From: Diadema antillarum
Taxonomy: Eukaryota
Assembly (NCBI RefSeq): GCF_040938485.1
Contig: NW_027270950.1
Location: forward strand, 3,038,001-3,102,000
Direction of reading: 5' to 3'
Length of the DNA stretch: 64,000 nt
Of the stretch, positions 14,223 through 26,944 are shown one piece after another (positions within the stretch are counted from its first letter, which is position 1; each line of letters starts with the position of its first letter). Made by a program: the position numbers and the translations under genes. The notes beneath the pieces were generated by a model that saw only the letters and a program-made list of their open reading frames with translations, was not told the DNA's origin and did no database searches.

Positions 14223-16234
14223 AGAGTTGCAGGTGCTATTTCGCAGATGTTGTGTGCTATGGACCTAAGTTGTAAGCTTTCCTCCTTCAACAGCATTTCA
14301 ATCAATCTATTCTGCATGTGTCATTCCTGTCTCGTTTCATTTTCTAGGTCGTTTTTGCTTTTCTGCCTTTTTTCTGCGCCTTGAGCCTTTAACCAGCTCA
14401 CATAGACTTTCCCGATTTGTGTTCCCGAGTCCCGCATGAGCTCCAAGACCTCAAGATCGTGGGTTTGCTAAAACAGCAACGACAAAACCATTACATTTTG
14501 TCAGTCCGAAATATCGGAACAGTCTTGGGCCGAATATAAATGACAGTTCTATTCCTTCATTTTCAAACACAGTCTGAACAGCGGTTACAGTTTGTTATTC
14601 AGAAGGTTCGTGAATCCGAAAATGAAATAAGTATTCTTAAGGACTTTATTTCATTTTCGGATTTCGGTACCTCGGAATAGCGAACCTCTGGAATACCGCA
14701 CAAAGGTTCGGGTTAGTGAACCCCAACTATTTCATTTTAGGATCAACGTACCTTCGAAATAACGAAGAACACCCCGTGGAAAAAAAAAACAACCAAGCAA
14801 ACAAACATACATACACACACACACATTTCACTGAACAAATACAGTAGTTTCCACTTAAATCGGATAGTGTTAATCAAAGCATAATATACCCGATTAAAGC
14901 CCCTTTTAGTCCTTAACCTATTGCGTCACAATCTTCTCGAATCGTCTCTCCGTGATCATCCGTGCTACTGTACCTCTGACATAAATAGGCCTATTAAAGT
15001 GTAAGCAGTTTACGATTGGAGGCACTCCCTATTCTTTCTTGAAGGTACCGTGTGCATCCATGTAGACTTCAAATATCATATCATATATCTTGGATCCGAG
15101 AAGTTTGTACTAACACAGGTTTTATCCAGGTTTGAAATTCCATGTACTGTATGTTACTAATACAAATAATCCTATTGCAAATTACCATGTGACGAACATA
15201 GATGAAGGCTAATATGCACACCATCATTTCGCAGATAGCAGACGTACCTAGGAGCGGAAGAGGTCGAAGGGCACTTGCAAAAGAAAAAAAAGACGAAGAA
15301 AAAAAAAGGATCCACTTCGAAACTCATCTCCTCCTGAAAAAGAATCCGATGGAGGCCTAGACCAGTACGTGTAGGGTAACAACTCCTCAGCCATCAGAGC
15401 CCACACTCGAGGGAGAGAAACATATTGAAAGGCAGCCCTCAATTTCATTAGCTCTGTCCGAAGCCTAAGAAGGCGCCAGACTTGTACATTTGTGAGGAGA
15501 GCAGGAACGGTGTAGGTCCATTTAACTGCTGTACAATAATAAAATCACCAGTCAGTATTTCGCGGATATCCTACAGTAGTAGACGATGTATGTACACCTC
15601 CATGTGAGGACCGTGAACTCATCCAGGGGTCTCAATGCTCTTCCTTGAGAATTGAGATCCGATCAAAGTAGCTCCGTATGAGTTTCCGGTGTTGTCCGCG
15701 TTGCTACCAAGGAGGTTCGAGAAATGGAGTCACAACAGTCTTGTTCGCTTTGATCTCATGCTCGAAACCGCCACTCAAAAAATATTTGAAGTATGTGTCA
15801 AACTGGAGCTGTCTCACAGATAGGAAGTCAATTGATTCAATTGGCATTGCATCATGACTCGTCACTCTCAATGGAAGATATGTCTTTATGATGGTAATTA
15901 CTTTTCGCTATCCCTATTACAAACGATAGGCGGTAGACAATGGTAAAGGCAAGGGGGTGCGCGAATAGAAATTGCTCAAATATTGCTGAAATAGATATCA
16001 AAATTACTCGACTGTACATGTCTGTACGCTAATCTGACATATTAATTGATAAAGAACTATATTTGAAGATGACACCATATCAGATTCATTTGGCGGAAAT
16101 AAAGAGAAAAGTGATAAAACCGGCCGTCCATGAGGGTAAAATTTCAAACACTTTCACAAAATACAACTCAGATTTACACTTTTGCACATATTTTTGAACG
16201 GATTTGACTTTTGTTTTGTATGCTTTATCATTAG

Positions 16235-16655
16235 AAATAAAGACAGAATAAACTGACCAGAAAGAATATAAATTATTAGTGGAAAAGTGAGCAAAGAAAA
16301 TGGGATTCCATCGGGATTCGAACCCGAGACCTCCGGATTGCTAGACCGGTGCTCTACCGACTGAGCTATAGAAAGCCCTAGTGCAGTGTTCGTCCCAGAA
16401 ACCCTTAATTCTCAATGCTCGGGTGGTCAGAAGCTATAGCAGTGTGTTTGTGTGTGACACACACGCACACACTTGAACCTGGCATAAACCCGAAGGATAA
16501 TTCAACTTGGGGATAAATGCGAGGGATCACCGAAGTGATGCAGCTTTTTGAGTTTGTAACAAATAAAGACAGAATAAACTGACCAGAAAGAATATAAATT
16601 ATTAGTGGAAAAGTGAGCAAAGAAAATGGGATTCCATTGGGATTCGAACCCGAGG
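16235..16655 (+). repeat. Tandem direct duplication with ~326-bp period containing the tRNA-like sequence
   Basis: aaataaagacagaataaactgaccagaaag...gggattcgaacccgag occurs at 16235 and again at 16561. Confidence 0.85.
16303..16375 (-). pseudogene. tRNA-Ala(AGC)-like pseudogene or tRNA-derived SINE head
   Basis: 73 nt with A-box TAGCTCAGTCGG, B-box GGTTCGAATCC, intact D- and T-arms and anticodon loop CTAGCAA. The acceptor stem has two terminal mismatches and the 31-39 pair is T-T. Confidence 0.7.
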
Positions 16656-17518
16656 CAGTGAAATTTCATTGCATTTGATATATAAACGAGCAGCAAATTA
16701 TACCCGATATTATGTTAGCGTTAAAAATGAATCTTCAGATTGCTCAGAAAGATGGCAGCTCAAGCATCGAACATCAAAGGCACAAATGCACCTGTGGAAT
16801 TATTTTGTCCGTCCATAGAAAACTGACAGCTGATTGAATGATTATAGTCAGTTGTAACTCCATCTCTCGAACCTCCTTGTTGCCGCCTTGTCTGCCCGTG
16901 TTCACACCGTATTCTTTATAGTTCGAATCGTATAATCCACTGAAAGGATATCGCGATGTTCCACGCCGAATCACCCAGGATTAAGATCCGGGATAATCCG
17001 TCATGGTATCCTGGCGTGAAATGTAAAGGTAATGGGGCTTTAATGTAATGGGACTCCTACTTATAAAGTGAAAAATTTTCCGGAGGTATTGCAACGATCG
17101 AGCTTGTTACTATGCCATGCTGAGTCTGCACATTGCAGTGTACGCCTCGTGGACAAATTGAGTCATAACATAATAGTCTATATCGATCAGACAAGTGGCG
17201 AAACTCTATTCTTCTGTAGTCAATTGTGACGTACCGAACTATAGGCCCGACTTGCCATAGAAATTTTCCAGCCTCCAGATTTCCAAGATTGAATGGGAGT
17301 TCCAGACGCCGGAAAAGTACTCCAAGTATTCTCTATCATGCTAGTGTGGACGCACGGTCGGTTTTAATGTAGGCATGTTCTCTGAACGATTGTGCAAGGA
17401 ACTGTGTGGGTGCCACATAATTATGAAGCTAAGCTGTTCAGTGGCCTTCTTGGTGATTTCTTAAATATTGTGTTGAACATTAAAGTCACTATACATGGAC
17501 AGAGTCAGTCGTAGAGAC

Positions 17519-17664
17519 CTGGGGTACGTCTCATGAAGTAAAATAAAAGTCTTTACGCTCATAATGTACTCTGTAGATATTTTTCAAATCCAATTCATGA
17601 ACTCCCATAAGTGTGTCTTATGAGTGAAAAGTCTCTCATAAGACATTCATGAAACGGACCCCAG
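17519..17664. mobile_element. MITE (CTGGGG..TTTCATGAA-type TIR)
   Basis: ctggggtacgtctcatgaa ... ttcatgaaacggaccccag. Confidence 0.65.
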
Positions 17665-17843
17665 ACGTTTTTTTTTTCACATTTTTCCAAGGAGGAGAAG
17701 AAAGGAAAAGAGGATCGAGGAACATTAATTGGGGAGATAGCACTTCTATTTATTTCCTCAACATTTTATTAATGCTAACGAGTACATATCAGGATAGTAT
17801 TTTCTTCCGTCCACTTCTTCAATAATGTGTGCATTTGTGAGTG

Positions 17844-17889
<46 letters not shown>

Positions 17890-18324
17890 TTTGTGTGTGT
17901 GTGTGTGTGTGTACCTCCCTTGAACATTGTTGGGATTAAGTCAACTTAATTATGCTGAAATGCAGTACGATAAACGTCAGGGTGCCGATACGGGGACGGG
18001 GTGTGACGGGGGTACATATAGGGTATGCGCCCAAACAATTTCAGGGGTGTCACCGATGAATTATAAATTTATCTCTTCTTGGAAAAACAAAATTTTACCC
18101 TCGATATGTTCTAAATGGGGACGAAATTTGAACAGACCCCCTGAAAACTGCAAGAATGGAAAGAATCATAATTATGATATTTCGTTTCACTCTGGAAATT
18201 GGTTTGAGATATTTTCTGTATAAGATAGTAAATAGGATTTTGTCTTTTGAATAAACCGTATAAGCTGAAAACGTCAGCAGTGCGAAATGTTCGTTTTGTA
18301 AAGAAGAGTTGAAAGATATTGTAC

Positions 18325-18367
<43 letters not shown>

Positions 18368-20169
18368 CGTGAGTCAATCTGGAATGAAACAGAAAAGTTG
18401 ATAAATAATGGTTCCACAGACCACAGAAAAAAGGTTTAGGCTGGAATTCTTTTTTTTTGCGGGGGGGGGGGGCTTTCCTTTAAACCAAAAGTAGAAAGAA
18501 AAACGACGCTTTAAACTGTGTTGTGATTCTGATTAATCAGATTGTGATTAAGCAACATTGCTTGGAAAAGGTTAAAGAACAAAGTTTCTACGTTTAAGTT
18601 TATGAATAAAAAGAATATTGAATATCATGCAGATGAGATATATCCTTATTCTGTGTCGAGTGCTCTTAACAAGTTCAATTTAAAGTGGCAGTCACTCTAA
18701 CATTTGTTTATGTAAACGACAACGAGAAAAATGTTAAGAGAAAACGAGAGTATGGATGAAGATGAGTTGTAATATATTGATATTGAGACTATAGAATAGT
18801 CCTTGGAGGGCTAAAAAAAAGCTGAAAGGCAAAGATGCTTTAAAAAAGCTTTCAGAATCAAATGATATATTTCACTATTGCATATAGTACTGACTCTAGT
18901 GCACATAAGACGCATGAAACTCACAAAACCTGCATCTGAAATGCACACAATACACTGTATTAGAAGATTCGGCATTTTGTTCTATTAAACCCTGTATAGA
19001 AAATAACAAATATAACGCCGTGTGTTTAATTCGCCTCCCTCAGACAACAACAGCATCACAAAATCATAAATTCAGCTAGCAGTGCTTACGCTCTGTATTT
19101 GAATATTTGAATACTAGTTTTCAAACTGATTAATGATGACAATCGTGAACAATAAAGAACCCCGGAAATGTTCGTCTAAATCGAAGTGTAAATTCCTACA
19201 AGTGTATAAGACTGAATGATTTTACAAATTTACTAAATATTGCGTTTCCCAAATTTACAATTATTTATAGTGATTCGGCAGACATTTTGGTTATATAGAT
19301 AGTTAAGCTTAATTGATTTCGTTGGAGTACAAGTTAGAATGTTTGGATTTATCATACTCACTGGAATAACAGAAAAGAGTGTAGTTGACAATATTTTTTC
19401 CTTCAGTTTACGCCGGAACCTTTCCGAGACATTTTTTTTTTAAACTAACCTCCCACTAATACGAACTTGAAATATTACTCTCTAATGCTATATAAGATTG
19501 TATTACCTGTTCATTCTGTTTATAGTACATGACATAATTATATCGATGATATACCGGAGCGCCGATCAACTCGTATGTAATAGACCATCTACACTATCTC
19601 CTTCAAAGAGATCGTTTCACACCAAACGTTTCAATTTCATCAAAGGCCGCTACTCACACTTGTATGGAATAGAAGGCGATTATATCTATATAGGTTTAAT
19701 TACAAACCCTATCCTCAAAGCAGTATCATAGTATTAAAGCAATCAAACAACGAGGAAGATCAGACCTGACCGTGTAACGACTCGCATAAATGACCGTCAT
19801 GCCACACAAACGGATTCGTTCGTTAGCCTGCATTATAAACGTCATGCACTACATATTATTTATGATAATTTATGTACTACGTTCCTGAATGACATTCAGA
19901 CCTTGACAATGAATGACGCGCACGGAAATGCAACTACACCGAGACGTCATGCTCAGTATTAAATCTGTATGAAAAATTGAATAGCATAAAATCCAGGTTT
20001 TTGGCATTATCCCAGTTTCACATCTTCATGATAACACCATGCTTTTACTGAGAAGATTAGACTCACACAATAAACCATTGCTCATGTATGAAATGCGATA
20101 CATGAATGCGTTTGCCACTACCTACTAGTATGTCATTAACATTGTGTAGGTAGCACAGCAGCGCTGTTA

Positions 20170-22827
20170 TAGTCCAGCGGATATAGAAAAAATCATGCAC
20201 TTTATGGTAAAAGCACCATACTTGGTACACGTGTACATGATGCCAATATAAGTCATTTCTGATATGGAAGCCACTCTGATTCTCCCTTTGGCGGCCGTGG
20301 CGGCCATTTATTTTTTCAAAATGGCCACCATGTGATATAGCAATGCTGTGTATTTTGGAAACTATAAGTCCGATTGTCGTGATTCTTGTACCAAAGTATA
20401 GGTTTTGAGGGTCAAGGATTCCAATAAAATAATTTTTGAGTGGATAAAACCATGGCAACCTACTTCTTGGCGGCCATTTTGAAAAAAAATATGGCCACCA
20501 TGTTAGATAAAAACATATCCTTAAAGCGTATGGACAAAGGGTCATGACTCTGGTACCAACTTAAATGTTTTTGGGTCAAGGATTCCCATAAATTCAACTG
20601 TAAGTGAATATGAATCGCTTCATCCTACGTTTGGCGGCCATTTTAATGAATATGGCTGCCATACAACAGAAAATGAACATTGTATATCTTCGAACTCAAA
20701 AGATATATAATCACGATTCAAGTGTAAAAGTATAGTTTTGGGGTGAAGGTTTTCAATTTAATGATGTTTTAGCAAAGTGAATAGGTTCATCACATCCTTT
20801 GTTTTGGCGGCTATTTGATAAAATGGCCTCCTTCCAGTTATATAGTGTATGATTGTTATGAAAGCGGGATGCCCATTGTGGATTGATTCTGGTGTAAACG
20901 TTTGTTTTAGAGTTCAACAATTACTTGTTCACTCATTTTCACTATTCTAATGTGGAACATCTGGGCATAGTTGACTTTGGAAGCATTTTGGAAAATAAGC
21001 TCAACTTCCTTTATAGGATTTCTGTGTGTACAGTGTATGTGAAAAACATGATCTTCACAATTTCATGTCTGAAGTACATATTTCTCAAGATTATACAGTT
21101 TCTAGAAATATAGACTCTCGCATTCTCTGGTCCCTGGACCATGGAATGAAAATCATAGTTTCCAACCAATAATATAGTACATCTGTTTTCTTTGGAAATA
21201 TGACACTAAGTGTGAGAAAACTTCTAAAACTTATCGGGTCACTTTCATACATCAAATGTAAACACACTACAGTTATATATGTCTGTAAAATCCATGATTG
21301 ACCAGGCTGTTCTGATACTTACAACTACACTGAATGTTATACATCAAATGATAAAGTAAATATAATAGGTATCATACGATACATCTTTATAGGTTGACAT
21401 CTAATTGTAATTTGCAGCGTAGTGGGTAAAGAATTGGCCTCATGAAAACAAATCAGATCTTCTGCCAAAAGTTTTGTATCCTATACCAACATCATTTCTT
21501 ATAGACAAAGCTGGACATGATAGTTTTTTTGTGTGTGTCATCATCTTGACATATGAATATGATGTACTTGGTCCAATCTGTTTCTTTCCTGGGAGCTGGT
21601 TTCTCGGTTGAAATGAGCTTTGCTTTTGAAGCCATGTTATCTTACAAATAAACCCAATTACCAATTACTTAAAAAGATAACATTTTATGTAAATGTGCTT
21701 CACAGAGGTAAAGCAAAAAACTTATGTGTACATTTTTTTTCTAGAAATGTGACAAACATTTTTGTTAAATGGATTTGTGCTTGTGAATTTGACCTGTTGA
21801 TGACTGGTATTTGTAAAGAACAAGAACAAGGAAATATCAAATTATCTGTTTCTGTGTGTAGTTCTACTCTGAATACATTACTTGTTATAGTTGATTTATG
21901 CATTAATTTTCATCAATGATTTTAGCCTCTTGAACTGAATTTTACCCTACCCTAACCCCAAAGAAATTATACAAATATATATTTGATGCATTTGCCATTC
22001 TCATATGGAATAAGGATTAAGGTTTCATAATTCGAAAGCTACTTCTACAGGTAAATGGACGGTGGGCATTTCAACGCAATTTTATAACGTAACAGCGCCC
22101 ATCCAAAATATAAACTACAAGAAAAATTATGCTAATATTTATGAATTTAAGGAAAACCTCAAAGAAATACAAATTTTGGGGTTCATAATTATTGGAAGAT
22201 AAACTGCAGAATAAAATATTCAGTATATCGATCTTTCTACTTACCGGCACCAGTAGAAATACTGAAGACGTTCTCTAAAACGCACCTGCATCTACATAAT
22301 TATGCATTAACGTTCATCACCGCTCATCAATGGATGATCAGGAACAACAATTGTTTTGGATTGTCAGAGCTCATTTGATTCCTTTATAATCAGATTCCTT
22401 ATAATTTTGTGTAACAGTTTTGACAAATAATGAACAAGAACTGAGAACTTTAGAAATCAATAGGTCTTATAAGACTGCAATAATCATGTTTTTGTGGCTG
22501 AAAACTATGACAGTACACTTATTGTACCCTCCTGTCTATGCATCCATAATTGGGGGGAAGGTCTTCTATTCCATTCTCACCATTTACTCTACCTAACTGA
22601 TATTCAACATAATTATCTTTATAGTATTCCAGGCATGCAACAATTGTACTTATTTGATGTTCAATACCTATACTTGAATAGTAAATGTGATAGAGTTATG
22701 GTCAATCAACAACATTCAATGAACAATAAAGAACTAAACGCTGCACCAACAAAGGAGGTTCATTTACCAATAATAGGTGAACGATTCTTGTCAATGGGAC
22801 AATACATATGGCAAGTGAGGGTGTATG

Positions 22828-22874
<47 letters not shown>

Positions 22875-24030
22875 TGGCCCCTCAGAAAACAGATACGAAT
22901 ATTTTTTTTTTCAAAACCAAAACGAAATTGTCCAATTTGGTTGAGTACTTTTCTTTCTAGACATGTTTTTGTTGATCATTAATTTCTTACTTTATTTCAT
23001 CAAAGCTCAAAAACGGAGACTACCCAACAATTGAAGGTGAATTTTCGACAATAATCCTATTCAAGCATTCCACATTGTGATATGCGGCCTCAATTCTTTG
23101 TTAGTCTCCCAAGGCAGTGGCTTTTGTTCGATGCTTAAATTTGTTGAATTGACCTAAGAAATTTACGCTCGACCCGTCTTTACAAAAACATCTGTAGAAT
23201 AAAAAATACTCAACCAAATAGGATGATTTTGGTGTCATTCTCCTCTAGATAGATTCTTTATAACTTTATGTCATTCATTTTTGCATAAAGTAATGCAAAT
23301 GTGCAAATTATTTGCAAAAACTCGCGTTTCCATTAATTCTAGGCCACGCTGTATATAATGTGTATGTGTGTGCGTGTGTGTGTGTGTGTGTATGCATATT
23401 CTATGTAGTGCGGCAGTCATATTTATCGAAATGGACCTGAAAACGAGATGTGTTAGTTCTATTCATCAGCAAATGCTTGTTTAAAATCATCGACCCCCAT
23501 TAGTTTCAAAGACGTACAGTATAGTATATATTGCGGTGGCCATGTTTTAAAATGGCAGCCAAAATATAAAATATGATGGTTGTACACGATAAGATGTATC
23601 CATTTAAATAATTGAACCTCAAAAACATATTTTTGTACCAGAATCATAAAGATGCATCCATTGGTTTTAAAGATATATGAATAGAATGTAGAGCGGCAGT
23701 CATAGTTTTTTTCAAAATGGCCGCTAATAAGTAGGTTGTCATGGTTTTATCCTCTCAAAAATTATTTTATTGGAATCCTTGACCCTCAAAACCTATACTT
23801 TGGTACAAGAATCACGACAATCGGACTTGTAGTTTCCAAAATACACAGCATTGCTATATCACATGGCGGCCATTTTGAAAAATGGCCGCCACGGCCGCAA
23901 CAGGCAGAATCAGAGTGGCTTCCATATCAAAAATGACTTGTATTGGCATCATGTACACGTGTGCCAAGTATGGTGCTTTTACCATAATGTGCATGATTCA
24001 CCCTATATGTGCTCTATATCCGCTGGACTA
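20170..24030. mobile_element. Non-autonomous long-TIR DNA transposon (Academ-like, tentative)
   Basis: ~300-bp inverted termini starting TAGTCCAGCGGATATAG and ending CTATATCCGCTGGACTA, flanked on both sides by TTA (3-bp TSD); subterminal GGCGGCCATTTT repeats; no intact transposase. Confidence 0.8.
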
Positions 24031-24944
24031 TTATAGGCTGATAAGGTGTTCTATATATGTCACGGTTGACTCGTTTGGTACTCTAACCGCTTGCTACAAA
24101 CAGAGAAGACCCTCCGCGATATCTTAAATTACACAGCCACTGGTTACCGTGATGTGTTTATCTGTTTATTGGGGCTTCCAAGCGTGCTTAAGAGACAGAC
24201 TAGAGTAGTAATGTCACAGTGGCGACGTTATTAAAGATAAATGACAATTAAGGGCAGGGAAAATGTTCGAAGCAGTCGTTCAAAGTAAATAATACTCACG
24301 ATTATCTCGCAGCAGCAAACGTCTGCTATGTCAAGACTGCACTTTTAATAGCACTCACCACTCCGCTCAGGTGGTTACGAGCACCCGCGGGAGCTCGACG
24401 AATCCGCAAGGAGTTGGGTGGAAGTGTAGGGTGCCCTTTATACGGCTTTTCACTCATCCAGTGTAGTACACACGCATCAAAAAGGGCATGTTTTTAGACG
24501 TACGGTGTCATGTGCGTTTTCCCACTTAAAGGGGAGGGGGTGCATGCGTACTTCATTTTTTTCATGTTTCATGTCCAAAAACATATCAAATGTAATCTTT
24601 CTTCGAAAACAGTCACCCAATTTTATGAGAATGATATTTTGACAATTACATTCGTTAGCCTACTCCAGTGCACTTTTCCTTTGTCATTATACTATGTATA
24701 GACAATATTAGGGGGACGGGGATCTCACATATTTTTTTCTCTTTTTAACGGAATGATAAGCTAGATGCACGGTNNNNNNNNNNNNNNNNNNNNNNNNNNN
24801 NNNNNNNNNNNNNNNNNNNNNNNNNNNNNNNNNNNNNNNNNNNNNNNNNNNNNNNNNNNNNNNNNNNNNNNNNNNNNNNNNNNNNNNNNNNNNNNNNNNN
24901 NNNNNNNNNNNNNNNNNNNNNNNNNNNNNNNNNNNNNNTTGAGA

Positions 24945-26180
24945 GTCCCTCACCACATAGCCTTTTGTCAATAGTCCATGGGCCAAGACCGAAAAATGGG
25001 TTATTGGTACCACCTGAGGTGGCAAAACCTTTTTGATGTCATTTTGTTTGTCGGACATAGATATGTTTATCAAGCTATGATAGCATTTCCAAATGAGTAG
25101 CTTAGTCATGATAAATGAATTTTTAACCAATTTGGTCTCGTTTTTATATTCCTATATACTTCTGAATCGAAACTAACCGCTATACAAAGAAGAGCACCGT
25201 CTCCTGTATGTCCACAGGTGTTCTGTTGTAAACGCGACGCGCTTATTCTTTATTCAAGGCAGCGAAGGAAATATCCAAAGGGTTATGATGTCCACAGCTG
25301 TCACGCAGTGCACTTAGTCTTTATCTAGAACAATGTACGGTTATCATTATCTAAAGTTCTTAATAAAAGGGATTATCTACACTGTTTTTATACTACCCTT
25401 TCAACAAATACATCAGTTTTAAACAAAAATCACTCTGTTCATTTACAACATTATTTATCATAGTGTATTGTAGTGTACCGGTACATTGTTTTTGCATTAT
25501 CTTTCATTGCTGGATGGAAATAAAGCGACATTGGCGTGGTATTAGCGTTTTTACCGTAGCGTTTTCACCGGAAAATGATAAATAATTGAAAAATACGGTA
25601 AAATTCGTAAGGAATTGCTTTTTTGTTGTTGCTGTTTTTAGATAAAAGGATATACACTGTATTATAAGCTTTGGATATTCCTTTGCCGTCTTGAATATTA
25701 GACTAAGCGCTGTGGACATCATAACCATTGGATATTCCCTTCGCTGCGTTGAATAAAGACTAAGCGCACCGCGTTTACAACAGAACACCAGTCCTGTGAA
25801 CATACAGAAGACAGTGCTCTTCTTTGTATAGCGGTTAGTCTCGATTATAGGGATATAACAACAAAACCAAACTGGTTTGAAATTCATTTATTATGACTAA
25901 GCTACTCATTTGGAAATGGTATCATAGCTTGATAAGCATATCTATGCCCGACAAACAAAATGACACCAAAAAGGTTTTGCCACCCCAGGTGGTACCAATA
26001 TCTGGCCTGGCCCATGGACTACAAGGCCCTCTCGTTGTAACGGGCGAGAGAAGTGAGCCCACCCAAGCGCGACAGCGTGAGGCAGCCCACTCGGCTGGGC
26101 GCTCCCTCCAGCGAGAAGCCTTGACAAAAGGCTGCTCACCACACAGCAACACGTAAATACACAAGGCGTAAATATTCATA
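24945..26180. mobile_element. Inverted-repeat non-autonomous element just downstream of PCS copy 3
   Basis: ~24960-25215 is an inverted copy of ~25790-26030 (e.g. ggtaccacctgaggtggcaaaacc vs ggttttgccaccccaggtggtacc); the same family (gtgttctgttgtaaacgcg) also starts the window at 1-45. Confidence 0.65.
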
Positions 26181-26260
26181 AATGAATGATACACGCCAAA
26201 AAATTAAAATAACAAGAACAACAACACACAAAAACAGAAAAGGGAATTATGTATCCTACA

Positions 26261-26944
26261 CTAGCAGCGACTGCAGGTGCTCATGCACCCAGTGATAATG
26301 TAACCCCTTCGAATACTAGCGTCTGGATCGACTCCATTCATTTGCTTGAATATATCTTCCGTTTTGACCCACTCCTCCTGACCGTCGAGCCACGTGTCCA
26401 GCAGCAGGAAGCGGTCACTCTCTCGATGATATGCTGCTAGCGGACTAAAATGGCCTACCTTGACCACTTCCTCGCCCTGCTTCCAGTGATACTCGTAGTT
26501 GACCACGACTCCTTGGCTGGAATCCGTGTGTGAGAGCGCCGCCGTTGCTAGGGAACGGAACTCATCCACGTTGCTGTCGTCTGCGTGAATTCTCCTGGCG
26601 GGAATCTCGAAGGACAGGAAAAGGTCTTGGAGCTGTTTCAAAGTAGCTCCAACTTCGCGAACTCGTTCTTCGTCGAGGACCTTGGTCGTCTCAGGAAAGG
26701 AGAACAAATTGATATCCCTGTAGGGAACGTCGCTGACGTCACAGAGTGTCTGTTCCCGTTCGTCGGGGTATTTTTTCCCGAAGTAGTGCGCGCTCATGAG
26801 AAGGCCAGCGGTCTGGACCCCGCAGTATCCCATGGCGCGCTGCTTTCTGAAGATGCGGACTAAAAGTGTCTGTCTGATGGCCGTGTCGTTCCAAAGATTC
26901 TGACCGTCAGCAGAGTACAGGGCTACCACATCTCCGGACTCCAT
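26261..26944 (-). CDS. PCS: Phytochelatin synthase-like protein, copy 3
   Basis: 227-aa intact ORF with KQRAMGYCG and GHFSPLAAYHRESDRFLLLD; acceptor tttcctttctag 8 nt before the ATG. Confidence 0.9.
   Translation of the reverse strand: MESGDVVALYSADGQNLWNDTAIRQTLLVRIFRKQRAMGYCGVQTAGLLMSAHYFGKKYPDEREQTLCDVSDVPYRDINLFSFPETTKVLDEERVREVGATLKQLQDLFLSFEIPARRIHADDSNVDEFRSLATAALSHTDSSQGVVVNYEYHWKQGEEVVKVGHFSPLAAYHRESDRFLLLDTWLDGQEEWVKTEDIFKQMNGVDPDASIRRGYIITGCMSTCSRC

Noticed and set aside
20063-20545. 160-aa ORF and its similar counterparts at 23736-24127
   Set aside because: They lie in the two TIRs of the 20170-24030 element; the similarity is the inverted repeat and there is no protein motif.
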